Positions 26,496 to 37,739 of a DNA stretch of 64,000 nt are shown here, piece by piece. Each line of letters opens with the position of its first letter. The first letter of the stretch is position 1. Origin of the DNA: Felis catus. Taxonomy: Eukaryota. The position numbers and the translations under genes were made by a program. The stretch covers positions 122,390,001 to 122,454,000 of the forward strand of contig NC_058368.1 in the NCBI RefSeq assembly GCF_018350175.1. The letters are read 5' to 3'. The notes under the pieces are model-generated. The model was not told the origin of the DNA, searched no databases, and saw only the letters and a list, made by a program, of their open reading frames with translations.

Positions 26496-26550
26496 ATCGT
26501 GCAGTGTTTTCCTCTCGGTTAATCGTGCAGTGTTTTCCTCTGGGTTAATC
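26496..26550. repeat. 26-bp tandem duplication
   Basis: atcgtgcagtgttttcctct(c/g)ggtta x2, one mismatch. Confidence 0.95.
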
Positions 26551-26810
26551 TATGCCGCGCTCATAGGCTGAGCAGTGGAGACAGTGTGGCACATACTGCT
26601 CATTCGCTACAACACTTGCACCTCCAGAGAAGGGATGGGCTGATTTATCCTTGTGTCTCCTGGAATGGTACTATTCCCACTGTAGACACATGATAAACAC
26701 TGCAAGAACAGGTTATTACAGAAATCATGAACTTGAGTTTACAGAATTTGTAAAGGCAGTTTGGACACTATAAATATGTGTCATCCAATGAAATTGAAAA
26801 AGGGTCTTTT

Positions 26811-27029
26811 TTTTATTTTTTTAACGTTTATTTATTTTTGAGACAGAGAGAGACAGAGCATGAATGGGGGAAGGTCAGAGAGAGAGAGAGGGAGACACAG
26901 AATCTGAAACAGGCTCCAGGCTCCAAGCTGTCAGCACAGAGCCCGGCGCGGGGCTCGAACTCACGGACCTCGAGATCATGACCTGAGCCGAAGTCGGGTG
27001 CTTAACCGACTGAGCCACCCAGGCGCCCC
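26811..27029 (-). mobile_element. CanSINE (CpG-rich)
   Basis: TSD a(a/g)agggtcttt. Confidence 0.96.
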
Positions 27030-27229
27030 GAGAGGGTCTTTCTTAAGATAATGTCTAAGAGAAAGATTCAGGAGGTTATGGCATGTAGTACAAGTGTGTG
27101 AGTAGAAGAGTGGACAAACCAAGTAAAAGTGAGCAGTGACTTGAATTCAACAAATACTTGGGAACTCACTAAATATGAGACACTGTACTAGGATCTGATT
27201 ATTTGTTTTACAACTAAGAAGAATTTTCT

Positions 27230-27453
27230 TTTTTTTTAATTTAAAAATCTTTAATGTTTATTTAATTTTGAGAGAAAGAGAGAGAGAGAAAGTAGGGGAG
27301 GGGCAGAGAGAGAGGGAGACACAGAATCCAAAGCAGGCTCCATGCTCTGAGCTGTCAGCACAGAGCCCGACATGGGGCTTGAATCCATGAACTGTGAGAT
27401 CATGACCTGAGCTGAAGTCGGACGCTCAGCCAGCTGAGCCGCCCAGGCGCCCC
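27230..27453 (-). mobile_element. CanSINE
   Basis: TSD aattttctt. Confidence 0.95.
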
Positions 27454-28425
27454 ACAAATTTTCTTGTGAAAACTCACAAGAGAACTCACCTTCTCAGTAA
27501 CAGAATAATTTGCGTATCAGACCCAGAGAAAATAAAGCTTTGTCATATGTGGAGAAGACGGAGCAATGTTACTGAACCTCTGCTCTAATGAGATCCACTT
27601 CCCTGGCTCACACATCTGAGAGCTTCCCATTGCCATCATGTTTAAACTTGAAGCTATTTTCCATAGTATAGTTGGTTCTTCAGATCTTTTCTTCCATCTT
27701 CTCTCACTCCCACTACCTCCTTATGCTCCAGTTCCACCAAACCTTTGATATTTCTCCCCAAATATTATGCTTTTCTATGCCTTTAGTCTCCAGATCTGGA
27801 CTGCCTTGCTCTCTAACCATCTTTTCATCTTTCAAGACACAGATCAAATGTTACTAAAGCTTCTAGGTGCCTCCAAGCAGAGCAGACTCAGCTACTGCTC
27901 TCCAATGGCTCCCATTGGGGCATCCATCAATCTCAGGCTGTACTCATGTTTCCACTCAACATGTTTCCACAAAATCCTCATGTCCAGCCATCATTTCTCA
28001 CCTGCCTTTCACCTTTTAAACAGCCCAGTAAAGGCCTGTTTATGTCACAGGAATATCTGTCACTTTGAGATCTACTGTATCTTCTTTGTATTTAAGTACT
28101 ATGTACTTCCCTCCTGCACTAAGAAATGCAAAGAATGATGGAAAAAGAGAAACATTATTTATTTAATTAAATGCATTCTACGTACCAAAGGCTGGTTCAT
28201 CACTTTATATAATAGTGGTTAAAATAGATGTCATTCCTGTCTTCGTGGAGCCTGTATTCACTGGGCAAAACATAGCAAAGAAGTTGCATAAACAAATTAC
28301 TTCTAGTTCATGGTGAGTGGTGAGATAGAAGAAATGTGAGTGTGTAGGGGAGAATGGGGAAGTGTTGGGGAAACAACTTCAGGTGAGAAGTTGAGGGAAG
28401 TTCTATCTGAGCTAAAGAAAAGTGA

Positions 28426-28837
28426 GGGGTGCCTGGGTGGCTCAGTTAGTTAAGCTTCCAACTTTGGCTCAGGTCATGATTTCATGGTTTGTGGATTCAA
28501 GCCCCGCGTTGGGCTCTGTGCTGACAGCTCAGAGCCTGGAGCCTGCTTTGGATTCTGTGTCTCCCTCTATCTGCCTCTCCCTCACTCATGCTCTCTTAAA
28601 AATAAACATTAAGGGGCGCCTGGGTGGCTCAGTTGGTTAAGCGTCCAACTTCAGCTCAGGTCATGATCTCATGATTCGGGAGCTGTGCTGACAGCTCAGA
28701 GCCTGGAGCCTACTTCAGATTCTGTGTCTCCCTCTCTCTCTGCCCCTCCCCTGCTCATGCTCTGTCTCTCTCTCTGTCTCAAAAATAAATAAAAACATTA
28801 AAAAAAATTTTTTTAAATAAACATTAAAAATTAAAAA

Positions 28838-28869
<32 letters not shown>

Positions 28870-28871
28870 AA

Positions 28872-28922
<51 letters not shown>
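28426..28922 (+). mobile_element. CanSINE with nested CanSINE (28613-28814) and (GAAA)n tail
   Basis: Outer TSD aaagaaaagtgag (28414-28426 / 28923-28935); inner TSD aaataaacattaa. Confidence 0.95.
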
Positions 28923-28927
<5 letters not shown>

Positions 28928-28930
28928 AAA
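28837..28930. repeat. (GAAA)n tetranucleotide microsatellite
   Basis: More than 20 units with one interruption. Confidence 0.97.
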
Positions 28931-29250
28931 GTGAGCTGACAGCTGAGTGGTGAAAAGTCCAGAACCGTGTTAATGCACAAAGAAAGCTCATTCAAATGGC
29001 CTGGGGTACAGACAAACTCAGCATGATCACCAAAGAGCACAAAGCCAGCGTGGCCAGACTGGGATGTGCAAAGGAATAGTGATTCTCAATGAAGCTGGAC
29101 AAATTGGCAGGGAATGGATAGTATAAGGCCTTGTCTGCTGGAGTAAAGAGTGTCACTTTATTCTAAATGCAGTTGAACCCAGTGGACAACTTGAAGCCAA
29201 GAATGGACGTAGCTGGCATGGTGTTGTATCAGCGTTTATGTTATAAGCCA

Positions 29251-29380
29251 TGATATATTTTATGTATATGTTATATATTTATATATATATATATATATTA
29301 TACATATTACATATATATAATATATACAATTCTGATTATCTACTTGGAGATATTTATATAAATACATATATTTTTTTTAT
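29251..29380. repeat. (TA)n-rich low-complexity tract
   Basis: Degenerate TA repeats. Confidence 0.85.
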
Positions 29381-29836
29381 TTTAGTTACCCGTTTATTCC
29401 AGTTATCTACTAGGACAAAACTTTCTCACCGGTTTCCTTTTCCCTTAATTCTCCTCTCCACTGGGGGGCTCCAGAGATTGTCAGAAGTATCTGGCCTGGT
29501 TGTTTCCCAAGTAACCTCTTGGTGTGGAAGCCTCCCCAGTGTCTCCCACAGCTATGTTTGAGAGAGAATAAACAACTGAATAAATAAAGGATTAACACAC
29601 AATCAGCTCTTTGAAACAGGTCTGCATTTGACAGAGTGCATCTGAGATAGTAATGAGAATCACGATTTCTGTACAAAACCTACCGTATGCGAAGCGTGAC
29701 TAAATATATTAGGACTGATTAGTAGTTTTATTTTAAGCAAAAGTGACTATACCAACAGAAGAAAGATTTATAGGACAGATCTGAGAAGTGCTGGGGAAGA
29801 ACCTGCCAGTCTGCTAATTAAAATGACAATCTTAAT

Positions 29837-30012
29837 GGGGGGCACCTGGGTGGCTCAGTCAGGCATCTGACTCTTGATTTCAGCTCAGGCCATGATCTCA
29901 TGGTTTGTGAGTTCGAGTCCCAGATCAGGCTCCATGCTGACAGTGCTCTCTCTGCCCCTTCCTGGCTTGCATGCTCTCGCTCTCTCTCTCTCAAAATAAA
30001 TAAAAAATTTTT
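29837..30012 (+). mobile_element. CanSINE with internal deletions
   Basis: TSD aaaa(t/g)gacaa(t/c)cttaa. Confidence 0.93.
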
Positions 30013-30039
30013 AAAAGGACAACCTTAACAGTTACCACA

Positions 30040-30270
30040 CTCTAAGGGCTTATTCTTTGCTGCCTAGCACCATGTTAAGGGCAGTAACGTATACATTATC
30101 TCATTTAATCCTCCACCAATCATAGCTGATACGAATGCCCATTATCCCCCTTTACTGAAATTGGTAAACTGGGGCTCAGGGCCTCTAAGTGACTTGTCTA
30201 GTATCTCAGAAAATTATGCAGTGGAGCTGGCTTTTGGATAAAAGGCTGCCTGACTCCAAGCCCTTTATAC
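30040..30270 (-). mobile_element. MIR
   Basis: cattatctcatttaatcctc...aaactggggctcagg...aagtgacttg. Confidence 0.75.
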
Positions 30271-31064
30271 TACTAAAGTGAAGAGGTATCAAGAGTCTTC
30301 AGTTCTAGTCTCTGCCTGTTTTCTGGCAATTTCAGTTTTCTCAGTGATACAACAGTTACCATTATCTCCCGGGAGGAGATAAGGTAGGTAACACCAGTCT
30401 AACAAATCTGTAGTGAATCTCTAATGCCACGAAGATAACCCAAGGGTTTTTTAAACTACCAGACGTTACACAAAAGCAGTGTGTCTTCAGCTGGGTGCCT
30501 GATTTTTGCCTTAACAAAAACACCCTCTCCAAAAATTGAATTCCTTAAAAATTCGATTTATTTTTTTTGAACCCGGTTGCCCTCTTTTGGAATTCAGCTC
30601 CAATTCCACATTAAATGTTCATTTATAGCATTTGATGCTCTCCCAGTTTCTTTATAAGGTGTCGGCAACAGAAGGTAAGTCTCTACCTGGCTCTACCACT
30701 AACTCACTGTGCGGCTTTGGGCAAATCCCTTCCTCCAGACGCCAAATGCACATGACAGAGTAGGTCGGTTGAAGTTCAAGGTTATTCCAAGTTTCAAATT
30801 ACTAACTAGGGTAGAATGTAGCCAATGGCTGAGATAAAGCGAGAAGAGAAAGTGGGCTAGCTTATAAGACAACATAGCTTCTCCGAAATCTTTGTTTCAT
30901 GAGTCAACTATGGGGCTCTTGACCATAAGGTGACCACTGACTTGTCCGAAAATTTCAGCAGATATATTTAAAGATGCTGCAGACACCATTCTAGGAGCTG
31001 TAACTAAACATCGTGAACAAAGCCAAAATGGTGTCCACACTCTGCAACTCTACATCTAGATAGA

Positions 31065-31260
31065 TCAAAACAGGAGTCTGGAAAAAACATTTCAGCCACA
31101 GATGCGTTTTGTTTGACCAACACAGCTTTTTTAACATTTCTTAGACTTGCCAATGTTTTTAAATAATGGGAGATTTCACACAGAAGTTCTCGTTTCTAGC
31201 TTCTCTTTTAAAATCTGAATATTTGGCAACACTGAGCTGGCATTTCCACATGGCAGGGAA
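31065..31260. mobile_element. MER102-like DNA transposon relic
   Basis: gggagatttcacac...ctagcttctcttttaaaatctgaatatttggcaacactg. Confidence 0.65.
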
Positions 31261-31825
31261 ACGCTGGAGCTGAAGAGAAGCTGTCCCCACCGCACCCCCA
31301 GACTAGACCTACACCCTCCATTTCTGCCCTGCTCCTCAACTGCCTATGATCACACACCCTCTTCGGGTCCAAGAGCGACCTGTGTACCAATTCTCTGGTG
31401 TCTTAGTGTGTGTGACTCTTGGGTTGGTGGAAAAAACAAAATAACAAGTTATTTTGACTGTGTCGATTATCACAAAGGGGACGTACAGAGAGCCGCAAGG
31501 GAAGAGAACACAGAAACTTCCAGCGAGATTTCCTTCATCTCTGTGCCCCTGTCTCCTGCCCCACCTCCGCAGGCAGAGGTGGAGCATTAAAAAAGATGCA
31601 GGGGGAAAATGAGGGACTGGGAGCCAGGAGACCTCGGTCTGGAAGAGGTTCTCTCTGTTCATTGTATGTTACACTCGGCAAGTACTTTCCTTCTTCGTGC
31701 CTCAGTTTCCCAGCAGTGAAGGGAGGATATCTGCTAGACCATAATCAAAAGATCCTCCCTGTCGGATCCTATGAAATTCTCAATCCTCTCTTGGTTTTCC
31801 CACAATACTGGAGAAAGTCTTACCA

Positions 31826-32420
31826 TCCCGGGCTGCAGGCCCGTACCCGCTCCCCCGCCATCCCCTCCCACCCCTTCCTCGGTGGCGCTGCCCGGGTGTC
31901 TCGGAGGGGAGGGGGGGTCACTTCAGGCCTCGGTCCGGGAAGTTGGGGCGCGCTCCGCGGCCAGCCGGCTCTGGACCTTGCCAAGGCGCCTCGGGATCCC
32001 GGCCGCCGGCTCGGAGCCGCGCCCGCGGCGCTGTCCCCCGTCTCGCCCTCCCCCGGCGACGCACGGACCCCAGGGGACTGCTCCTCTCCCAGGCGACTGC
32101 CCGGCGGTTTCTGGGGAGGGCGGAGACAAGGGGACGCCCTCGGGCTGGCCGCTCCCCGCCCTCGGCCCCTCCCAGAGGAGCCGCGCGCTCGGGTGGCGCT
32201 CGGAGCCCCGGCAGCCGCAGGTGCCGCCCGCCCCCGGCCAGCCCCGCGCAGCCCCGCGCAGCCCCGCGCCCGCAGCCTCCCGCGCCCAGACAGGTAGGCG
32301 CCCTTCCCGGCTCTTTTGCTCTCTCTGCGGTTCTGGGAGTCCCTCTGCTAGCCCCCACTCCCCGGGCGGACGTCCCAGCTTCTTGAAGGAGAGAAGAGAG
32401 AACCAAGATCTAGGTGAGTA
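31826..32420 (+). promoter_or_regulatory. STK32A: CpG island promoter of STK32A
   Basis: Abrupt very GC-rich, CpG-dense, repeat-free segment with GC boxes (e.g. ggggagggcgg, ccgccc), ~4 kb upstream of the first coding exon. Confidence 0.9.
32200..32413 (+). other. STK32A: Putative non-coding exon 1 of STK32A (start uncertain); donors after 32413 (TAG|GTGAGT) and after 32293 (CAG|GTAGGC)
   Basis: Consensus 5' splice site GTGAGT at 32414-32419 at the 3' edge of the CpG island; second donor-like site at 32294. The transcription start site cannot be fixed from sequence. Confidence 0.65.
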
Positions 32421-35169
32421 GTGGTCTGGATTTTTCTTTCTTTTAAATAGACCTGCAGACTAAGGGCACTGCCGGGAAGCTGGGAAGTTAGAGGCGAAGA
32501 GAAATGAGACAAAGGCGGGCGGTCAGGATAACCCACCACCAGCACATAGGGCTAGGATCGATTGTTTTGTGGCCCCACCTGGTCCCCCAGCCTCTCACTG
32601 ACCCAGGGCCAGACCCAGTCAGACTTCCGTAAATATATGCTGGGTCGAGGTGACTGCGGGAGGTGTTTCTGACTGCTTTTCTTATTCAGCTTCTAAACAA
32701 GCAAAAACTGCTTTCCATGGTTGGCTTCATCTCCACAAGGATGTTTTCCCCCAAAGCGGAAGGATTTGAACATTTTTACACAGATAAATAAAGTGTGGTG
32801 TATTCACACCATGGACTGCTATGCAGCGCTTAAAAAGCAGAAATCAGAGCTGCAGAGATCAGCATGCCTAAATCAGAGAGCCGTAAACGTCAATGGTCAC
32901 AGTAAGAAGGATTTGCCACCGTTTCTGCCTTCAGGAAGTATGAAAGGGGAATTAATTTTGCATGAGGGTTAAGGTGGAAGTAATGTTTACCTGTAATTTT
33001 TGATGAATATTGAAATATAAACAATAGAGCAGAGTGGTGTTTTTCATGATATTTTCTTTCTTTCCTTTTTCCTGTATGTTTCTCAGTTTAAGTTCTGTTT
33101 TTCAAATGCAAACAAAGTAAGTTCTATGCACGCGCTGTGACACTGAACCTAAACAGTCCCATCAAAGTGGCAACTTTCTGGCGTCTTTACCTAGGTCGCC
33201 CTAACTCCTTAGAAAAAAGCTCACGGATTGACAGCCCCCAAAAGTAGAGGCGAGGGGTCAAACATTGGCTTTAGAGAATGAGTCTGCAGTTAATAATCTG
33301 AGGACTGGGCAGGTGAGGGTAGAATCTGAAATTTCTCCTGTGTTCTTGTAAGACATATTGCTCTTCTTCTTATAGTTGCTATGTTTAGGGTGTTCATTTC
33401 CACCGGTGATCACTGTCCTCCTGACATCTTGAAATGATACTCTGTAGCCCTGCAGACTTAGTTCCAGGAGGTCAGGATGGGCGTGGATTTGGCAGAAGAG
33501 AGTCCCATAACCCTTCTGGGCCCTATGCCGCAGAATGCGAAAGATGTGCCTCCATTTTCCTGCCAGACAGTTTATTTCTAACTGGATATGAGGGAAAGTT
33601 ACCTAAGTTGGTTATCCCCCTGGGGAGAAAAAGGCAAAGACGGTTCTGAACTGGATTGGCTACATGAGGTACAATGGAGAAACCACAACATATACCCCCC
33701 ACCTTCCCCAAACATATGTAAAAGTGTTTTCCTGTTGACAGATTTCCTTCCTGCTAAAAATCACTGGATATTTGATGAACCGAATTGTCTGCACATCAGG
33801 GTGGAACTCTGAACTGTGGCAAATTGTGATAATATTTCTCTCTCTTTCTCTGTCTTGACAACTTGCAAGGTCAATGCTTGGTACATCTTATGCTACAGGA
33901 ACACGGGCTACTTGAGAAAAGCCTGAGGAATATAGAAAAATATAAGAATGACAGGATTTGGGGTGTGGTGTGAAAATTCTGTGTCCTCAGGTTTTACGCA
34001 CAAAATAAAAGACAATGTGATCCCAGTCTATGGTGTGAAGAATCTCAGTTCATTAAAATCAATGTTCTCTTTAGGACCAAGGCTCTCTAATGTGATCCCT
34101 GGTTCAGCCCTCACACGATTCCCCGCTTATTCTGGGCTCTAAATGCAGTAATAAAACACAGAGCACCCCATTCGTCCTGGCCCACAGTGAAACACTAAGG
34201 GCATCCCACTTGCTTTTTCCTCACCCCCTTTTGTACTGAAATTAAAAGCCCTTTATTTATTTATTTTTTTTAGCGTAGATACAGAGTGGAGGTCTGTCTT
34301 CCTGATGTCAATAATCCCCCTGGGCTTGTTCCAGCCACCTGTTACCACCTTCCCCCCTCCCATACCTTTTAATTGGTTGCTTCCTAATTGCTGACTCTTT
34401 CTTTGCTCTCCATTTAATGATTCTTTTTAAAGTCCATAAGGCACTTTGCCAGCAGTTGGCTTTTAGTATGAAAAGTAGCATTTCCTTAATGAGTCTGCCT
34501 TCCAAATGAAGGCTTTACTTACATTTTCCTAATGGGAAAATGAGCTTTGCTTCTCGACTTGCTTAGGAGCTTCGCAAGTTTTTTTCGGTAACTCGTCCTT
34601 CGCCCAGGTTTGCTTGGGACCCTTTCCTCAATTCTGTCTCTAATCTGCATTTTTGTCTTGTGTAACAAGTCCAAGAGGAAATCCATCAATAGGTGGATTT
34701 CGATACAGTATCGAAAAAATAATGTATAAGGAAATATAGCTACTATTAAAAATAGTATTCTATTCTTTGTAAATTATGTGCCAGGCATTGTGTGAACTGC
34801 CTTACAGACATTGTCTCATTAACTATATCCTATGAGTCGTGTTTGTCCCATGCATGAGGTTTGCTCAGGCATACACAGCTAAAATGAATTTTTAAATATT
34901 GTTTGTACAAAACCCGGATCTTTACCCTTTATTTTTGGCAGATCTGAAGATCTGTCCCTTGGGCTCATGTTTCCGCTTGGTGACAAAATTTTAGATCTGA
35001 GAGCGATGACTTCTTCTAGAGGGAGCCTGGATTCTCCGGGTCACCAGGGTCCCCACCAGGCACTGATGTCTTCCCCCTGGTGAAGGGTAGTCACCTGCAT
35101 TCCTGCCTGGCTCTTGTAGGCATGTGAGCTTGTGATTCCTGAGGAAGGCCCTGTTGTCTTCCATTTTAA

Positions 35170-35375
35170 ATTTTTTTTCAATGTTTATTTATTTTTGAGA
35201 GACAGACAGAATGTGAGTGGGTGAGGGGCAGAGAGAGGGAGACACAGAATCCAAAGCAGGTTCCAGGCTCTGAGCTGTCAGCACAGAGCCCGACGCAGGG
35301 CTTGAACCCAAGAACTATGAGATCATGACCTGAGCAAAGTTGGGCGCTTAAACGACTGAGCCACCCAGGTGCCCT
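35170..35375 (-). mobile_element. CanSINE (intron 1, antisense)
   Basis: TSD tcttccatttta. Confidence 0.96.
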
Positions 35376-35450
35376 GTTGTTTCTTCCATTTTAGAGACAA
35401 GAGATCAAGTAACCAGCCATTAGTAGTTTTGGTTTCAGAACCAGAACTGT

Positions 35451-35680
35451 GGGGCACCTGGGGGGCTCAGGCGGTTGAGGGTCCGACTTCAGCTAAGGTC
35501 ATGATCTCACGGTTTGTGGGTTTGAGCCCCACATTGGGCTCTGTGCTGACAGCTCAGAGCCTGGAGCCTGCTTCGGATTCTGTGTCTCCCTCTCTCTCTG
35601 CCCCTCCCACTGCATGTGCTCTCTCAAAAGTGAATAAATGTTAAAAAAAAATTAAAGAAAAAAAAAAAAAAGAAAGAAAA
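35451..35680 (+). mobile_element. CanSINE (intron 1, sense)
   Basis: TSD aaccagaa(c/g)tgtg. Confidence 0.96.
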
Positions 35681-36446
35681 TAACCAGAAGTGTGGATGCT
35701 GCCTCTCCTTACCAATTTCAGGGAAAGTATTAAAAGTGAACAAAGCTGCAAATGTACATTTTTTCAGGGGCTTTGGCTCTTACATATATCCTTTGAACTT
35801 CAGAGGGGCCAACAATCATGGAACACTTCCACTGTGAAATACTTTTTTACATACTTTCTCAAATCACATTTAATTTGCCTTTGAGGAGGGGACCATCATT
35901 ATCTTCAACTTCAAGGGAAGGGGATAAAAATTACATTAAGTGAAATTTAGCAATTTGCTGGTGTGATAAAGCCTAAACTCAGACCTTGTTCTTTTTACAT
36001 TGTAGTACTTTCCAGGGTAGGAGGAAAGAGGTGGGGAATCTATTTTATGACCAAAAATATTAAAGTTGTTGATCAAACATCAAAAGAGCAATTTTGAACC
36101 AATATATTTTCTCAAAAATGTGCAGAGTCACAATAAAATTTTATTTTTTTTTATTTTGGGACTTGTTAAATAAAGTGTGGTTGACCACGTTTTAAACTTG
36201 TTTTCATACTTAGAGAAACATGTTGCTCTCTTTGGTCTTTGTAAGTCTGGGACCACTACTGATGAGGCCATGTGGTGGGTTCTCCCAGAGGCCTAATGTT
36301 CTGTTACTTGTGAAAGTATCATTTTTCAATCACAAAAAGTTCTGATGTAGGGATACAGATTAGACTAACACTGCAGCCACAGTTCTGTGCTCAGGGTTCC
36401 TAGAGCACACCATATTATAAGGATTACATTTCTTTTTCTCTCCCAG

Positions 36447-36594
36447 GTATCGAGCTCAGGCTTCCAGACCTCTTTGGAGTGAAAATGAATGTTTCTGTCA
36501 GGATAGTGTAACTGGAGGCTTCAGGTCTGGGCATATTTGACCATGGGAGCCAACACCTCAAGCAAACCACCAGTGTTTGATGAAAATGAGGATG
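36447..36594 (+). other. STK32A: STK32A exon 2 (148 bp: 96 nt 5'UTR + 52 nt CDS)
   Basis: Polypyrimidine tract tttctttttctctcccAG ending at 36446; donor GTAAGA at 36595-36600. Confidence 0.9.
36543..36594 (+). CDS. STK32A: First coding segment (exon 2) of serine/threonine kinase 32A (YANK1); partial CDS, phase-1 intron follows
   Basis: ATG GGA GCC AAC ACC TCA AGC AAA CCA CCA GTG TTT GAT GAA AAT GAG GAT G = MGANTSSKPPVFDENED+1 nt. This matches the STK32A N-terminus as I recall it (human MGANTSRKPPVFDENEDV). Strong Kozak (accATGG); donor G|GTAAGA at 36595. Confidence 0.95.
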
Positions 36595-37739
36595 GTAAGA
36601 AATATGTGATAACTGTAATAAAATATACAATTTTGCAGAATTCAAATATAAACACCTTGCTTCATAAGTAAATCACAGTGTAAATTTACACAGCAAAGCT
36701 GATTGCTTTGGTGTACATGCGCGAACCGAGTTCCAAAGGTAACAAGTTACAATGGGAAGTTTAGTTTGTTATCTTATGTGCCCATGAACCTTCTAAAAGT
36801 AAATCACACATTAAAAAAAAAAGAGAGAGAGAGAGAAAAGTACAAGAGTAAGCCCGAGGATCTTATAAGCTAATAGCCAGATTTTATCTTCTACTTTCTA
36901 TGAGACCGTGGGCAGTTTTCTTGATTATGACTATACCAATATCCTTTGTCCAAAGGGAGCTGTGGTTGGGCACCTGGTGGGTAGGAGACCTTGAAATTAA
37001 ATGATTTGTTGTCGTCTATGTGGTTTCCTTAACAGCTGAAGTTACCCCTACTGCTAGTTGTTATGGAAAATTTCTTATATTACCAAATTGCATCTGAATG
37101 ATAATCGATACTCATAATATTATAGAGTGGAGTCATGTAAGTAGGTGTCTTCTGAGCTTCTAATGGGCATGCTTCAGTGTCCTAGGCAAATTTCACAGTG
37201 CTAGGTCAGAGGAAAATCAATCAGTTTTATTGGAGAAAAGGGTCACTTTCAAGATCGGACTTAGTGAGAAAAGAAATGAAAGCAAGGGTTTTCCTGATTC
37301 TTCTGTCATCCCACGGTGAGGCATGCCACAAGAGGGCATGGGCCACCCCCTGTCACTCTCCCTTCCTAGACTAGACAGCCTTGTCTGTATATGCATGGTG
37401 GCAGCTACTTATAGGTCAGCTGGAAAAAAGGCAGTCCTGGGTCCCAGCTAGTAAGCTGTCCAAGCCTCTCAGAGGGAGGGAGTTTCTACTAATTAGACAA
37501 CAAAGGATAAGAACAGTGAACTGAAACTCAGGAGTTCTGAGCGCCAGTCCTACTCTGAGCTACCTGTGAGGTTCGAGAAGTTTATTTACTCACTCTGTCT
37601 TCAATTTCCTCATCAACAAAATGAGAGGATAGGGTAAACTTGAAGGTCATTTTTAACTCAAAAAGTTTACTTTTGAGATCCTAAAGCCACTTGGCAAAAA
37701 TGATGAAGCGGCATCTAAGTCAGCAAGGAGAATTTATTG

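Larger units (their letters stand above)
28150..29220 (-). mobile_element. L2 relic interrupted by SINEs
   Basis: cctgtcttcgtggagcct..., gagtgtcactttattctaaatgca L2-type motifs. Confidence 0.6.

Noticed and set aside
31596..32421. Long ORFs (233, 216, 162, 147 aa) over the CpG island
   Set aside because: Pro/Ala/Arg/Gly-rich low-complexity translations open on both strands, as expected where stops are rare in GC-rich DNA; no recognisable domain.
34921..35130. Possible cassette exon starting at 34942 (tttacccttttatttttggcAG)
   Set aside because: The acceptor is plausible but nearby donors are weak; unsupported without RNA data.
36441..36452. AG|GT at the exon 2 acceptor as a recursive splice site
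   Set aside because: GTATCG matches the donor consensus only at +1 to +3, and intron 1 is short; the site is adequately explained as an ordinary acceptor.
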